From the NCBI GenBank assembly GCA_937625935.1, contig OW569350.1, forward strand, positions 310,001-374,000: a stretch of 64,000 nucleotides of DNA, in the 5' to 3' direction. The notes beneath the pieces are model-generated. The model was not told the DNA's origin, made no database searches, and saw only the letters and a program-made list of their open reading frames with translations. This stretch comes from Tetramitus jugosus. Its lineage: Eukaryota > Protista > Heterolobosea. Position numbers and translations under genes: made by a program. This document shows, piece by piece, positions 20,557 to 30,190 of this stretch (positions are counted from its first letter, which is position 1; the number at the start of each line of letters is the position of its first letter).

Positions 20557-21096
20557 ATGACAATCACTGAAGAATCCATTCTATCGGCACTCCAACAAAA
20601 CAGTGGAGAAGGCAAAATTGACTACGTTGCCATTGCCAAGCAACTCAAGGAAAGGTTCGAATCGAGTAACACTGATAAGAGCAATCACTTCATTCACATT
20701 GATCAACTGAGATCCATCATTGATGAACTGAATATTAATGCACCACAAGAGGTCATTGAAGAAGCCATCATGGTAGGTGATGTGAATGAAGATGGTATAA
20801 ACATTGAGTTTTACGAGTTTATTGGTGCTATCGTGTCTGATTTGGAAGATGAGGATGAACAGGGTGATATTCGAAGAGCGTTCGAACTGTTTGAACAAAA
20901 ATCATCGTCGAGCGATGAGGAGAATCCTGTGATTGTAGGTTCCGATGATTTGTTGAGAGCTCTGAGGTCATCGTTCAGACCAGTCAACGAACAACAATTG
21001 GAGCTATTGTTGGATGGCTTTGAGTCAGTGAGGCCCAACGAGTATAACTTTGGTAATTTCTTGGTGTTGTATCACGCTGCTGAAGATGTCATCTAA
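20557..21096 (+). CDS. Divergent calmodulin/centrin-like EF-hand protein
   Basis: DVNEDGINIEFYEF and DIRRAFELFE in a four-EF-hand layout. Confidence 0.75.
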   Translation: MTITEESILSALQQNSGEGKIDYVAIAKQLKERFESSNTDKSNHFIHIDQLRSIIDELNINAPQEVIEEAIMVGDVNEDGINIEFYEFIGAIVSDLEDEDEQGDIRRAFELFEQKSSSSDEENPVIVGSDDLLRALRSSFRPVNEQQLELLLDGFESVRPNEYNFGNFLVLYHAAEDVI

Positions 21097-21265
21097 ATAA
21101 ATTCACAACCACTTACAATTCCCTGTGTTGATTTTTTGGTTCACAAGCAATTCGTTCTGTTCAACTTGGGCGCGAACTCTGGTTGCTTGTTCCACAAAAA
21201 CAGAACACCACAGAACGCAACAGAAAAGAACACAACACTGCCAAAGAACGTAAACCACCTAATAA

Positions 21266-24200
21266 ATGGACATTAGAATCATAGAAAGAGAAACAAAGGA
21301 TCCAACTGAAATGTCTCCTATTCCATTGAGCGAGCTGTTGGACCAGAGTGAATTGGATCAAGTGGACGAAGCGCTGGAAGAGTTGTGGGACGACAGTGGG
21401 AGCCAGAGTGATGACAGCGCTGCTGCCGATACAGAAAAGTTAATCTCGCGTGAGAGTGATGCTGACAAGGTTCGTCGTCTGTTGTCGACAAAGTATGACA
21501 ATATGACATTGCTGCACCATCAATTGAATTACTCTCCATTGAGTTGGATGTTTGTGTCAAAGAGTGTACGATATTGTTGTGACGAGTGTGATCGCATGCT
21601 TGGAGCATATGAGCGACGGTACACGTGCATTGACTGTGGTAATTTTGACTTGTGTTCCGGGTGTTATCCAGAGGTGTTTGCAAGACACAATGAAGAAAAG
21701 CATTTGAATAAGGTGACTCAACAGGTGGAGAACTATTTTGCACAAATTACTGAAAAGCCCTATCATTCCAAGATGTCAATTACAAATGAAGATTGCAGTG
21801 CTAAGATTATGATCAATGCTCTCAAGTACTACTCAGAGCGACCTGCGTTCGGAGAAAGATTGTATAACATAGATCAAGTGAGTGGAAAGAAGGATTATCT
21901 GGATGCTTATCAATGGTTTAGCTTTGGCCAAATGTTGAAGAGAGTCGAGAATATTGCCAGCGGTATGATGAACTACCTGAGCCCAAGGGATTTTGTGGGC
22001 ATTTGTGCACCAAGTGGATGTGATTGGGTCGCAATCGACTTTGCATGCTTAAGGCAATCTTTTGTGACTGTACCAATACCGCACAATATGATGCCAGACG
22101 ACATCAGCTGCACAATGTCGAACTCGTCGATAAAAGCACTATTCTTTGCCTCTGAATACTTGAAAATAGTCATAGACGCACTGGCCGTGCAAGAGATGCC
22201 CGATTTCAAGTACATGATCCAAATCGATGGTGTGCACTCAGAGTCTGTACTTGCTCAAATTGAAACCATACGTACCAAGTATCCTCATATTCAATTTCTG
22301 AGTCTGAATCAGATCGAGAGCCAAGGTGAGGGTAATCCAGTGGACCTAGTTCCAACTGCTCAGGAGGATATTGTGACAGTCGTTTACACCAGCGGCTCTA
22401 CGGGTACACCAAAAGGAGCTGTATTTACAGATAGAATTTGGACTTTGGAACTATCTGATGCATACTCTACAGTGTTTCCTCGAGTAACTGTTTGCATATT
22501 CCCAATGTCTCACATGAGCGGTCGATTAGCGGTGCAGAAATCTATTGTTGCTGGAGGCAAAATTGGCTTCCCGACTCAAGACATGAGCACTCTGTTTGAA
22601 GACATTCGACTCATATCACCTTCTATTCTCTCTCTTGTACCACGAGTAGCAGATATGATCTATCAACATTATCAAAAGGAATTCTTCCAAGAACGTTCGT
22701 TGAATCCTGGTAAAAAGGAATCAATAATTGGAAGAAGAGTTAGAAATAGGATGAGAAATATGTTTGGTCATCGATTGGTTCGAATGACTATTGGTTCTGC
22801 ACCTTCCAATCCCAGAGTGGTATTGCTTCTGAAGCAAATATTCACCATTCCAATTATCGAAGGATATGGAAGCACAGAAGGAGGAAGCATATCATTGGAA
22901 GGTGTAAAACGCACAGAGACAGACATCAAGTTGCTTGATGTGCCTGAGTTAAATTATTTGTCGACTGATGAGCCTTATCCTCGTGGTGAGCTCTGCGTCA
23001 AGTCTAATATTACTATAAGTCAATATTACAAAAACCCAGAGGCGACTCAAGCTCATTTTGATGAGGACGGTTATTTCAAGACTGGGGATATCGTAGAATT
23101 ACGACCTAGAAACGAAATTGTATTAATCGACAGGAAGAACTTTATATTCAAGCTATCCAATGGAGAATTTGTCTCTCCGTCGAGGTTAGAGCTGATGTTT
23201 TCATCCAGTCCTTTCATTCAACAGATGTTTATCCATGGAGATTCGCTCTACTCATATCTCGTAGCTGTTGTTGTGCCTAATGATTCAGTTGTTCAAACTT
23301 GGATGAAGGACAACAATATCAACGAGGACCAGAAGATTGATGACCTGAAGCGTGTCATACGAAAAGAACTCCAGGAAATTGCATTGAAGAATCAGATACG
23401 TTCATATGAGATTCCTCGGGACTTTATAATCGATTTTACAGGATTCAAGGAGAATGGCCTCCTCACAATATCAAACAAGTTGGCTCGAGCAAAACTGAAG
23501 CAGTATTACTGGAAGCAGTTAAACGAAGTGTACGAGAAAATCTCAGAGATTCAAGATTTAAAGCTGGCTCAGCAGTATCAACGTGAGGGAACTGTAACTG
23601 AATTAGTCAAATCTGCTGTGGAAGTTGTTCTCGGCATGGATATCTTGGAACCGGAGACAAGTTACTTCATGCAGTTGGGTGGAGACTCGATATCTGCTGT
23701 AAGATTAGTTTCATTAATTCAACAATCATGCAACGTATCCATACCTCTCTCAATGGTAATTGACCCAACAGTAAGTGTTCGTATGTTGCAATTGTACACC
23801 GAGACAATCGGAGACAGTGTATCAACTGACAAAGAGAGTGAGACACAAGAAATGTTACGTTCGGAGGATATTCATTTAGGCACGAAAACAATTCAATTGC
23901 TCACAAATCTTCCAATGGCTCGAAGCAAGGGCACTTGTAATATCTTACTCACGGGAGCAAACGGTTACCTCGGCAGATTCATTCTCTCATCTTTGCTCAA
24001 AGCATTACCGGACTGTACAATATATGCAATGGTAAGAGCCATCGATGATAGCTCGGCAGCAGAGAAACTTGTTAGCAGCTTCTATGGACGTTTGGATATC
24101 AAGGATACTCCTGTGACTGTTGTTCGAGGAGATATCTCAAAGGATCGATTCGGATTAACCGATGAAGAATACTCGAAATTATCTGAGTCGATTGATGTTG

Positions 24201-25066
24201 TCGTACACAATGCCGCTCTTGTTAATCATGCATTTAGTTATGATGACTTATTCTCAACTAATGTCAAAGGTACAGAAGAAGTTATCCAATTTGCTGCCAC
24301 AGATCATAGGAAAGCTATTCACTATATTTCATCCATCAGTTCCTATGGTAATTTAACAGGTTATCTATTGGAAGATACTGACATGAGGCTAAGTAATGAT
24401 AGACCGAAGCGCAGAGGTTACTCAACATCCAAATGGGCAAGTGAAATATTGATTGAACGCGCTAGAGAGTATGGCATCACAGCTACCATCATTAGACCTA
24501 CGTTGATGTTAGGAGATCACCTAAATGGAGACTCAAACATTTCGGACTGGTTTGTGCGACTCCTGACAGGCGTTGTTGAGACCAAACTGTGTCCTACATC
24601 CTTCTACACACCTAACCAAAGCATCTGTTTCGATGCTATCCCTGTTGACTATGCCTCTGATATTGTAGCGAATATTGTGAAGCGGGAGATAGAAGGAGAA
24701 CTGGACTACTACCGTTTTAACCTTGTGAGCAAGCAAGATGAAACCACTGTAAGTTTGGACACAATATTCAGCTGGGTCGAATCATACGGCCACTCATTGA
24801 AAAGGGTTTCTCACTATGATCAATGGTATGAGCAAATTTGTAACAAGATTGTCGAATCCCATTCGAAGAGTCGAGCACTGCCCCCTTGGTCCCTCTTGCC
24901 AATGTTACGTTCTTTTAAACACCCAATTGGACTCAAAGGAAGCCACTATTCAGACCTGAACACTCAATCTGTGACAGGTCCTTCAACTCAGAGTCTGATA
25001 GATGAAGATATCATTCACAAGATCCTCAAGTTCCTGATTGATCGTCAAGTGTTGGATCAGTTGTAA
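21266..25066 (+). CDS. Carboxylic acid reductase (adenylation-carrier-thioester reductase) with N-terminal ZZ zinc finger
   Basis: ZZ finger CDECD...RYTCIDCGNFDLCSGCY. A domain YTSGSTGTPKG, EGYGSTE, PYPRGEL, FKTGD. Carrier LGGDSISA. R domain LLTGANGYLG, HNAALVNH, GYSTSKWASE. Confidence 0.9.
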   Translation: MDIRIIERETKDPTEMSPIPLSELLDQSELDQVDEALEELWDDSGSQSDDSAAADTEKLISRESDADKVRRLLSTKYDNMTLLHHQLNYSPLSWMFVSKSVRYCCDECDRMLGAYERRYTCIDCGNFDLCSGCYPEVFARHNEEKHLNKVTQQVENYFAQITEKPYHSKMSITNEDCSAKIMINALKYYSERPAFGERLYNIDQVSGKKDYLDAYQWFSFGQMLKRVENIASGMMNYLSPRDFVGICAPSGCDWVAIDFACLRQSFVTVPIPHNMMPDDISCTMSNSSIKALFFASEYLKIVIDALAVQEMPDFKYMIQIDGVHSESVLAQIETIRTKYPHIQFLSLNQIESQGEGNPVDLVPTAQEDIVTVVYTSGSTGTPKGAVFTDRIWTLELSDAYSTVFPRVTVCIFPMSHMSGRLAVQKSIVAGGKIGFPTQDMSTLFEDIRLISPSILSLVPRVADMIYQHYQKEFFQERSLNPGKKESIIGRRVRNRMRNMFGHRLVRMTIGSAPSNPRVVLLLKQIFTIPIIEGYGSTEGGSISLEGVKRTETDIKLLDVPELNYLSTDEPYPRGELCVKSNITISQYYKNPEATQAHFDEDGYFKTGDIVELRPRNEIVLIDRKNFIFKLSNGEFVSPSRLELMFSSSPFIQQMFIHGDSLYSYLVAVVVPNDSVVQTWMKDNNINEDQKIDDLKRVIRKELQEIALKNQIRSYEIPRDFIIDFTGFKENGLLTISNKLARAKLKQYYWKQLNEVYEKISEIQDLKLAQQYQREGTVTELVKSAVEVVLGMDILEPETSYFMQLGGDSISAVRLVSLIQQSCNVSIPLSMVIDPTVSVRMLQLYTETIGDSVSTDKESETQEMLRSEDIHLGTKTIQLLTNLPMARSKGTCNILLTGANGYLGRFILSSLLKALPDCTIYAMVRAIDDSSAAEKLVSSFYGRLDIKDTPVTVVRGDISKDRFGLTDEEYSKLSESIDVVVHNAALVNHAFSYDDLFSTNVKGTEEVIQFAATDHRKAIHYISSISSYGNLTGYLLEDTDMRLSNDRPKRRGYSTSKWASEILIERAREYGITATIIRPTLMLGDHLNGDSNISDWFVRLLTGVVETKLCPTSFYTPNQSICFDAIPVDYASDIVANIVKREIEGELDYYRFNLVSKQDETTVSLDTIFSWVESYGHSLKRVSHYDQWYEQICNKIVESHSKSRALPPWSLLPMLRSFKHPIGLKGSHYSDLNTQSVTGPSTQSLIDEDIIHKILKFLIDRQVLDQL

Positions 25067-25421
25067 GCTGGATGATCGTGACTGCAAACGTCAAACATCA
25101 GTCAGACTTCAAATCGGTACCACTATCCCACGTCCAAAAAGCCTGATAGGAACAAACTCAGAACTCAACGATCAAAAGTCACACAATAAAAAGCAACAAC
25201 CACCTCGAGTATTCCGTGCCACTTGACCTACATTCCAAAAATTTACCAACAATAGCACTCGAAAGAAAAATACGTATTTTCCTACACACCAACACGAGAG
25301 CAAACCAACCAACGAACAAATCGCTCGACCGACCACACAAAACATCAAAAAGAGGAGCGCCACCACTGAACAATCTTTCCATCAACCGACCGACTACTCG
25401 CCGCATCATGAAAATTGAGAA

Positions 25422-27983
25422 ATGACAAACAACAATACCAACGCCACCAACAATACGAATAACAATGCCAATTGCTTGTCCTCCATATTTCAACCATTGA
25501 CCACACCCTTGATCAACATTCACCCTGGAAATACTGCCACTGCCGGGATTCGCATTCCGTCTACCACTGCAGTCAACAGTCAAGCCATGCCACAGCAGCA
25601 ACCGCAGCAACAACATCAACCATTTGTTCCCTATTACTTGAGAACGGATTTACCAGCGAACCGAACCAGCAAAAAAAGGAGCTCGGCTAGTATCTCCGCC
25701 TCCGCGGCATCTCGCGCTGTCGCAAGTGCTTCTTCACCAACGGTCGCTACATCGATGACACCAACACCCCTCTCAAGCTCAAGTAGCTCGTCCAATGTAA
25801 ATGTAGCTCCAACGGCAGCAATAGCTCCCACAACATCTACCATCACAACGCCCCATACAATAACCACAACAACAACAACAAATACAACATTAACCAACAA
25901 TAAGGGCAAAAACAAAAGCTCAGCTACAAACAACAATAATAATAAGAGCTCCTCTTCAGGAGACAACAACAATGAACTGTTTGACATTTCAGGCAGCATG
26001 AAGCGCCAAGAGCAAATTCTCAACATTATCAAACAAATTCAGCTTCAACAGCAACAACAACAACAATTGTATCAACGACAGCAACAACAACGAAGGCTAC
26101 AACAAGACCAACAAGAGAACCCTCACATGCACCAAGTCTCTGTCAGCGCCATTCGTAACCAACTCACTAGTCACTCTCAACAACAACAACAACAACAACA
26201 GCAAGCTCTCTCATCTACCAACAACACTTTATCTTCACAACAACTACAACAACAACAACAATATTTACCTCATGCAAACTATCAATTGACACCAACTGTC
26301 AATCAAATGATTCGTCAATGGGAGAGAAAAATTGATGAGAAGAGACAAGAGCAGTTGGAACAACAGTTTTTGAACCAATATTATAGACATCGATTCATGC
26401 ATCATCCTCATTCACATCATGCACATCATCCTCCCTCACAGTATCATCACTATCATCACTATCACCATCATCATCCATCATCATCATCATCAGCAGCAGC
26501 ACCACCATCATCATCATCATCATCATCATCATCGTCATCACAATATCATCATTCACATAATCCATATGGATATCATCACTTTTCATCACCCTATCATCAC
26601 TACTATGCCAACAATATGAAAAAGCAAATGAACAACAATGGTAACAATCACAATCATAATAATAGTAATAATAATAGTAGTAGTAGTATGATGATGGTTG
26701 ATGATGGAGAGATATCACCTACGACGAGCACAACATCCGAATCGACATCTTCCACCATTGATGAATTGAGTGAAATCATGTATTCATCCACTAGTATCAC
26801 CAATTATAATAGTCATCACATGAATCATAGTATGAATAGTAATAGTAACAGTATGCATGGTCATTTTTCATCGAATACTGGTGCACCAGCACCTTCTTCC
26901 TCTCCATTCGATGGTAATAATAACAATACAACAAATACACTACCGAGCTTAAAATCACTCAATCTTCCACCATTGAACCTTCCTCCATTCCTCTCTCAAA
27001 ATACCAACAATACTACTACTAATATTCATAATAATAATAATATTCATAGTAATAATAACAATAATAATAATAATAATGCTAGTATGGAAGATACGAGTAT
27101 TCATAGTAACAACAATAACAATAGCAGTAACAATAGTCATAATAGTAACAATAGTAATTTTGCATCATTTGGTAGCATGACTCCGAGATCACTCAGTGCA
27201 CGATCATCGTCCAATCGATCCTCAGAAGCCGCATCACCTCGCATCATGTCTCATCGAGTGCGCAGTTCACCTAGGCACTGTCCCTATCCAATGCCAAGCT
27301 ACTCTCCTGTTCATTCACCTAGGTCAAGCAACAATTACAACAATAGTGGAGCACTTACGCCAGTGATGACGACTTCGATCGATTTGATGCCAATGAGTCA
27401 CCAGACCATTACTCCACCATTGAGTGTGAGCACGAGTGCGGCAGCAACCATTACGATACCGTCGACATCCTTTTTACACCAACCGTTTGCAAGTCCATCG
27501 TCATCGACCAGTGGCCCTTGTTCGACAACGACATCGAGAAGCTCTCCGACGGTCAATCAATCGATGCAACAACAAGATTTGTTCCAAGCCGTGTTCCGTC
27601 ACACACCAATCCCAATGGCCATCGTTACCATGAATGGTGTGTTTGTGGCAGTGAATCACGCGTTTGTGCACATGCTAGGCTATTCTTCAGAGGAGAATTT
27701 CAAGGATAAGGATACTGGTTTATTTACATTGCAGAGATTTGGGGAAAAGGTGTTTCTTCATCAATTGTTGCAAGCAACAAATAACGGCAACAACAGTCAA
27801 CAACTAAGAGGTATGAGTCGTCATGATGATGCCATGATGGAGGAGTCTCCATCGTTTGTGCAAAAGTTCCTGCACAAGAACGGTAAGCTTGTTGTAGCGA
27901 GCAATACGGCGAGCGTTATTGAAAATGTATTCGGAGAGGCTAAACTGCTTCTTCACACAGTCACACAGTATCATTATCTCTAA
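25422..27983 (+). CDS. Low-complexity (Q/N/H/S) protein with C-terminal PAS domain, probable regulator
   Basis: PAS motif FQAVFRHTPIPMAIVTMNGVFVAVNHAFVHMLGYSSEE and the terminal KFLHKNGKLV. Confidence 0.75.
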   Translation: MTNNNTNATNNTNNNANCLSSIFQPLTTPLINIHPGNTATAGIRIPSTTAVNSQAMPQQQPQQQHQPFVPYYLRTDLPANRTSKKRSSASISASAASRAVASASSPTVATSMTPTPLSSSSSSSNVNVAPTAAIAPTTSTITTPHTITTTTTTNTTLTNNKGKNKSSATNNNNNKSSSSGDNNNELFDISGSMKRQEQILNIIKQIQLQQQQQQQLYQRQQQQRRLQQDQQENPHMHQVSVSAIRNQLTSHSQQQQQQQQQALSSTNNTLSSQQLQQQQQYLPHANYQLTPTVNQMIRQWERKIDEKRQEQLEQQFLNQYYRHRFMHHPHSHHAHHPPSQYHHYHHYHHHHPSSSSSAAAPPSSSSSSSSSSSQYHHSHNPYGYHHFSSPYHHYYANNMKKQMNNNGNNHNHNNSNNNSSSSMMMVDDGEISPTTSTTSESTSSTIDELSEIMYSSTSITNYNSHHMNHSMNSNSNSMHGHFSSNTGAPAPSSSPFDGNNNNTTNTLPSLKSLNLPPLNLPPFLSQNTNNTTTNIHNNNNIHSNNNNNNNNNASMEDTSIHSNNNNNSSNNSHNSNNSNFASFGSMTPRSLSARSSSNRSSEAASPRIMSHRVRSSPRHCPYPMPSYSPVHSPRSSNNYNNSGALTPVMTTSIDLMPMSHQTITPPLSVSTSAAATITIPSTSFLHQPFASPSSSTSGPCSTTTSRSSPTVNQSMQQQDLFQAVFRHTPIPMAIVTMNGVFVAVNHAFVHMLGYSSEENFKDKDTGLFTLQRFGEKVFLHQLLQATNNGNNSQQLRGMSRHDDAMMEESPSFVQKFLHKNGKLVVASNTASVIENVFGEAKLLLHTVTQYHYL
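26040..27160 (+). repeat. Coding trinucleotide microsatellites (CAA, CAT/TCA, AAT)
   Basis: Runs encoding poly-Q, poly-H/S and poly-N inside the PAS-domain gene. Confidence 0.85.
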
Positions 27984-28034
27984 TAAATATGATTTCCTAG
28001 GTCTTACAATAAGAAGAATCAGTGAGTTGTTTGT

Positions 28035-29954
28035 TTAGGCAATGATGCAATGTTCTCTGCTCGAGTGGCCACAATGTTTGTTCGTTTCATCGTCTACGAC
28101 TGTAAAGGATTTTAGCCTCTCAGAGTGTTGGGCCCAGCTGCTCACATGAACCAATCCGAGTCCTGTTTGTCTCGTTGCTAAGCAACAGAAGAACCCATAT
28201 GGTTTGATCGTTCCTGAGATGCACACTTGTTGTTCTTCGACATTGAGAGCGCACATTCGAATGTTGATGTCAAACGAAGAACAACGATTCTCTTCCAACA
28301 ACTCATCTAGTATTCGATGGTGCCACACAATCTTTCCCGTTTCCACAACAATGCAATACAGGAAGCAGATGGATCCCTCGAACAATAGAATGAACATGAC
28401 ATCTCGTATCACCATGACTTGAACATTAGGATAGTATTTGAGATTGGGCAACTCTGGTATATCCATCGTCCATAACAATTCCGGTTGTCTATTACCTTCA
28501 CAGCGTCGATAATAGCTACATTTACCTAATCTTCGATCCATGGAGCATATGCCTATGCACGTCTCTGGTGCATTGAAGGAACTAAACGATGATACGACTT
28601 CAACAGCAATGTGACATGACTTGAATGCCTGGTCGTTCAACACAACTGCCAATCCAGTCTTCAAATCAATCAAGTGTGATTGTCTACACTTGTCAAACGT
28701 GCCTCCCGTCACACACCACAAATCGGATGACGATTGCGTCGAGTCAATGAACCCAGTTAATCCAGATGCGTACATGTCATATCGATAAATCAATTTAGCC
28801 GATTCGCAAGAATAACACTCTAAAACAATGGTTCCCAGCGTACTCATTCTCTTGTCGACATAGAACACATCTCTTTCGTTTCTCGTAACATAGTCAAAAT
28901 AAACTGACGACAAATGAATGGAGTGCGAGTAATGATTCGATGATAAATCTACTTTTCCATGCAATTTGAGCGTGCTGCCTCCCTGAGCAATCAACTCACC
29001 CATCTTGTCTTCTTCTAATCCTTTGGAAACAATCTCAACGCCATTTTCTGTGCCCAACACAATATAATTCGGTGTTAACACAACACTTAGTATATCACTC
29101 GTAGCTCGGTAACCCTTCACAACACCAGGCTTATTATTTGCAGTGGTACAATGTCCCTTAAAAATCACATGCAGGACGCATGGTTCTATCACTCCGAACG
29201 CACAGAGCACATCTATGTCTTGCACCATTCGCTTGACAAATTTTTCACCACTAAAACTACCTCGATTCACATTGGTTTGATTAATCGGAGAAAGAGACAA
29301 GAACTGGTCTTGATCTTTCTTCTTTTTCGTCTTGTTCTTCTTGTTCTTCTTATTGGACGATAGTTTGCCTTTTCCCTTTGCACTTGAACAGACAGTGTCA
29401 TCATGCAGTGCATCGAGACCATCATGAGAATAATGCCCCGTCAATAAATCAACCTTCCAAATCAATTCATCAGTCTCCAAGCTCCTACAAACAATAGCTT
29501 CCTTTTTCTTTTGATCACTGTGAGCAGCATACGCGCCAAGAGCGTCAACCGTAGTCAACGACAAAAAATAATAGTAGCACAAGTGATCAAACACGATCAC
29601 GGAGGCATGATATTGATTCAACGATAAATGACTGGACCAGTCAGAGAGACGAGCATACAGTGATCGTTCAATCACTAAGCTATTGTGGTTACCACCACTA
29701 GTGTTGTCAACATTGAGACATTGAGTGGCCAACAAACGCAAAGCTTTCCCATTTTGAAAAGCTCTACTGTTGCTCAAGGCATAGTTCTCAAGCACATATG
29801 GCCCAACAACAAACAAGCTACCCAAGTGAGTGCGCATCAGAGTCACTCGGTCAATCACAAACTTCCACTGACGACTCACGCGATTCATACCTCGCAGCAT
29901 GTTCAACGTGGTGCAATACTGCATCATGTGGAACAATGTGTCATCGGGCAGCAT
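28035..29954 (-). CDS. F-box-like protein with beta-rich C-terminal region
   Basis: N-terminal LPDDTLFHMMQYC...RVSRQW F-box pattern. 639-aa ORF. Confidence 0.6.
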   Translation of the reverse strand: MLPDDTLFHMMQYCTTLNMLRGMNRVSRQWKFVIDRVTLMRTHLGSLFVVGPYVLENYALSNSRAFQNGKALRLLATQCLNVDNTSGGNHNSLVIERSLYARLSDWSSHLSLNQYHASVIVFDHLCYYYFLSLTTVDALGAYAAHSDQKKKEAIVCRSLETDELIWKVDLLTGHYSHDGLDALHDDTVCSSAKGKGKLSSNKKNKKNKTKKKKDQDQFLSLSPINQTNVNRGSFSGEKFVKRMVQDIDVLCAFGVIEPCVLHVIFKGHCTTANNKPGVVKGYRATSDILSVVLTPNYIVLGTENGVEIVSKGLEEDKMGELIAQGGSTLKLHGKVDLSSNHYSHSIHLSSVYFDYVTRNERDVFYVDKRMSTLGTIVLECYSCESAKLIYRYDMYASGLTGFIDSTQSSSDLWCVTGGTFDKCRQSHLIDLKTGLAVVLNDQAFKSCHIAVEVVSSFSSFNAPETCIGICSMDRRLGKCSYYRRCEGNRQPELLWTMDIPELPNLKYYPNVQVMVIRDVMFILLFEGSICFLYCIVVETGKIVWHHRILDELLEENRCSSFDINIRMCALNVEEQQVCISGTIKPYGFFCCLATRQTGLGLVHVSSWAQHSERLKSFTVVDDETNKHCGHSSREHCIIA

Positions 29955-30190
29955 GGAAATGATTCGATGTTTTTTATTTGTTCAATGACTGGGAAAGAAA
30001 CGAGTTCCTTCTTGTTTTTGTTGGGTTTTTGCTGACATGTGAGATGAACTCCCGCGAATTCTTGGGCGAAGATGACTACGGATGTGTAGGGCTCTAACGT
30101 TGAAAGTAAGTAAAGGGGATAAAAGAAATATTGAATATTCTGTGTAGGTGATGATTACAAAAAGCTTGACGTGGTCTGTCCGTGCTCTTG

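Noticed and set aside
25422-27200. Repeat arrays as CRISPR or satellite DNA
   Set aside because: These are simple coding trinucleotide runs with no repeat-spacer periodicity. No cas genes are present and the context is eukaryotic.
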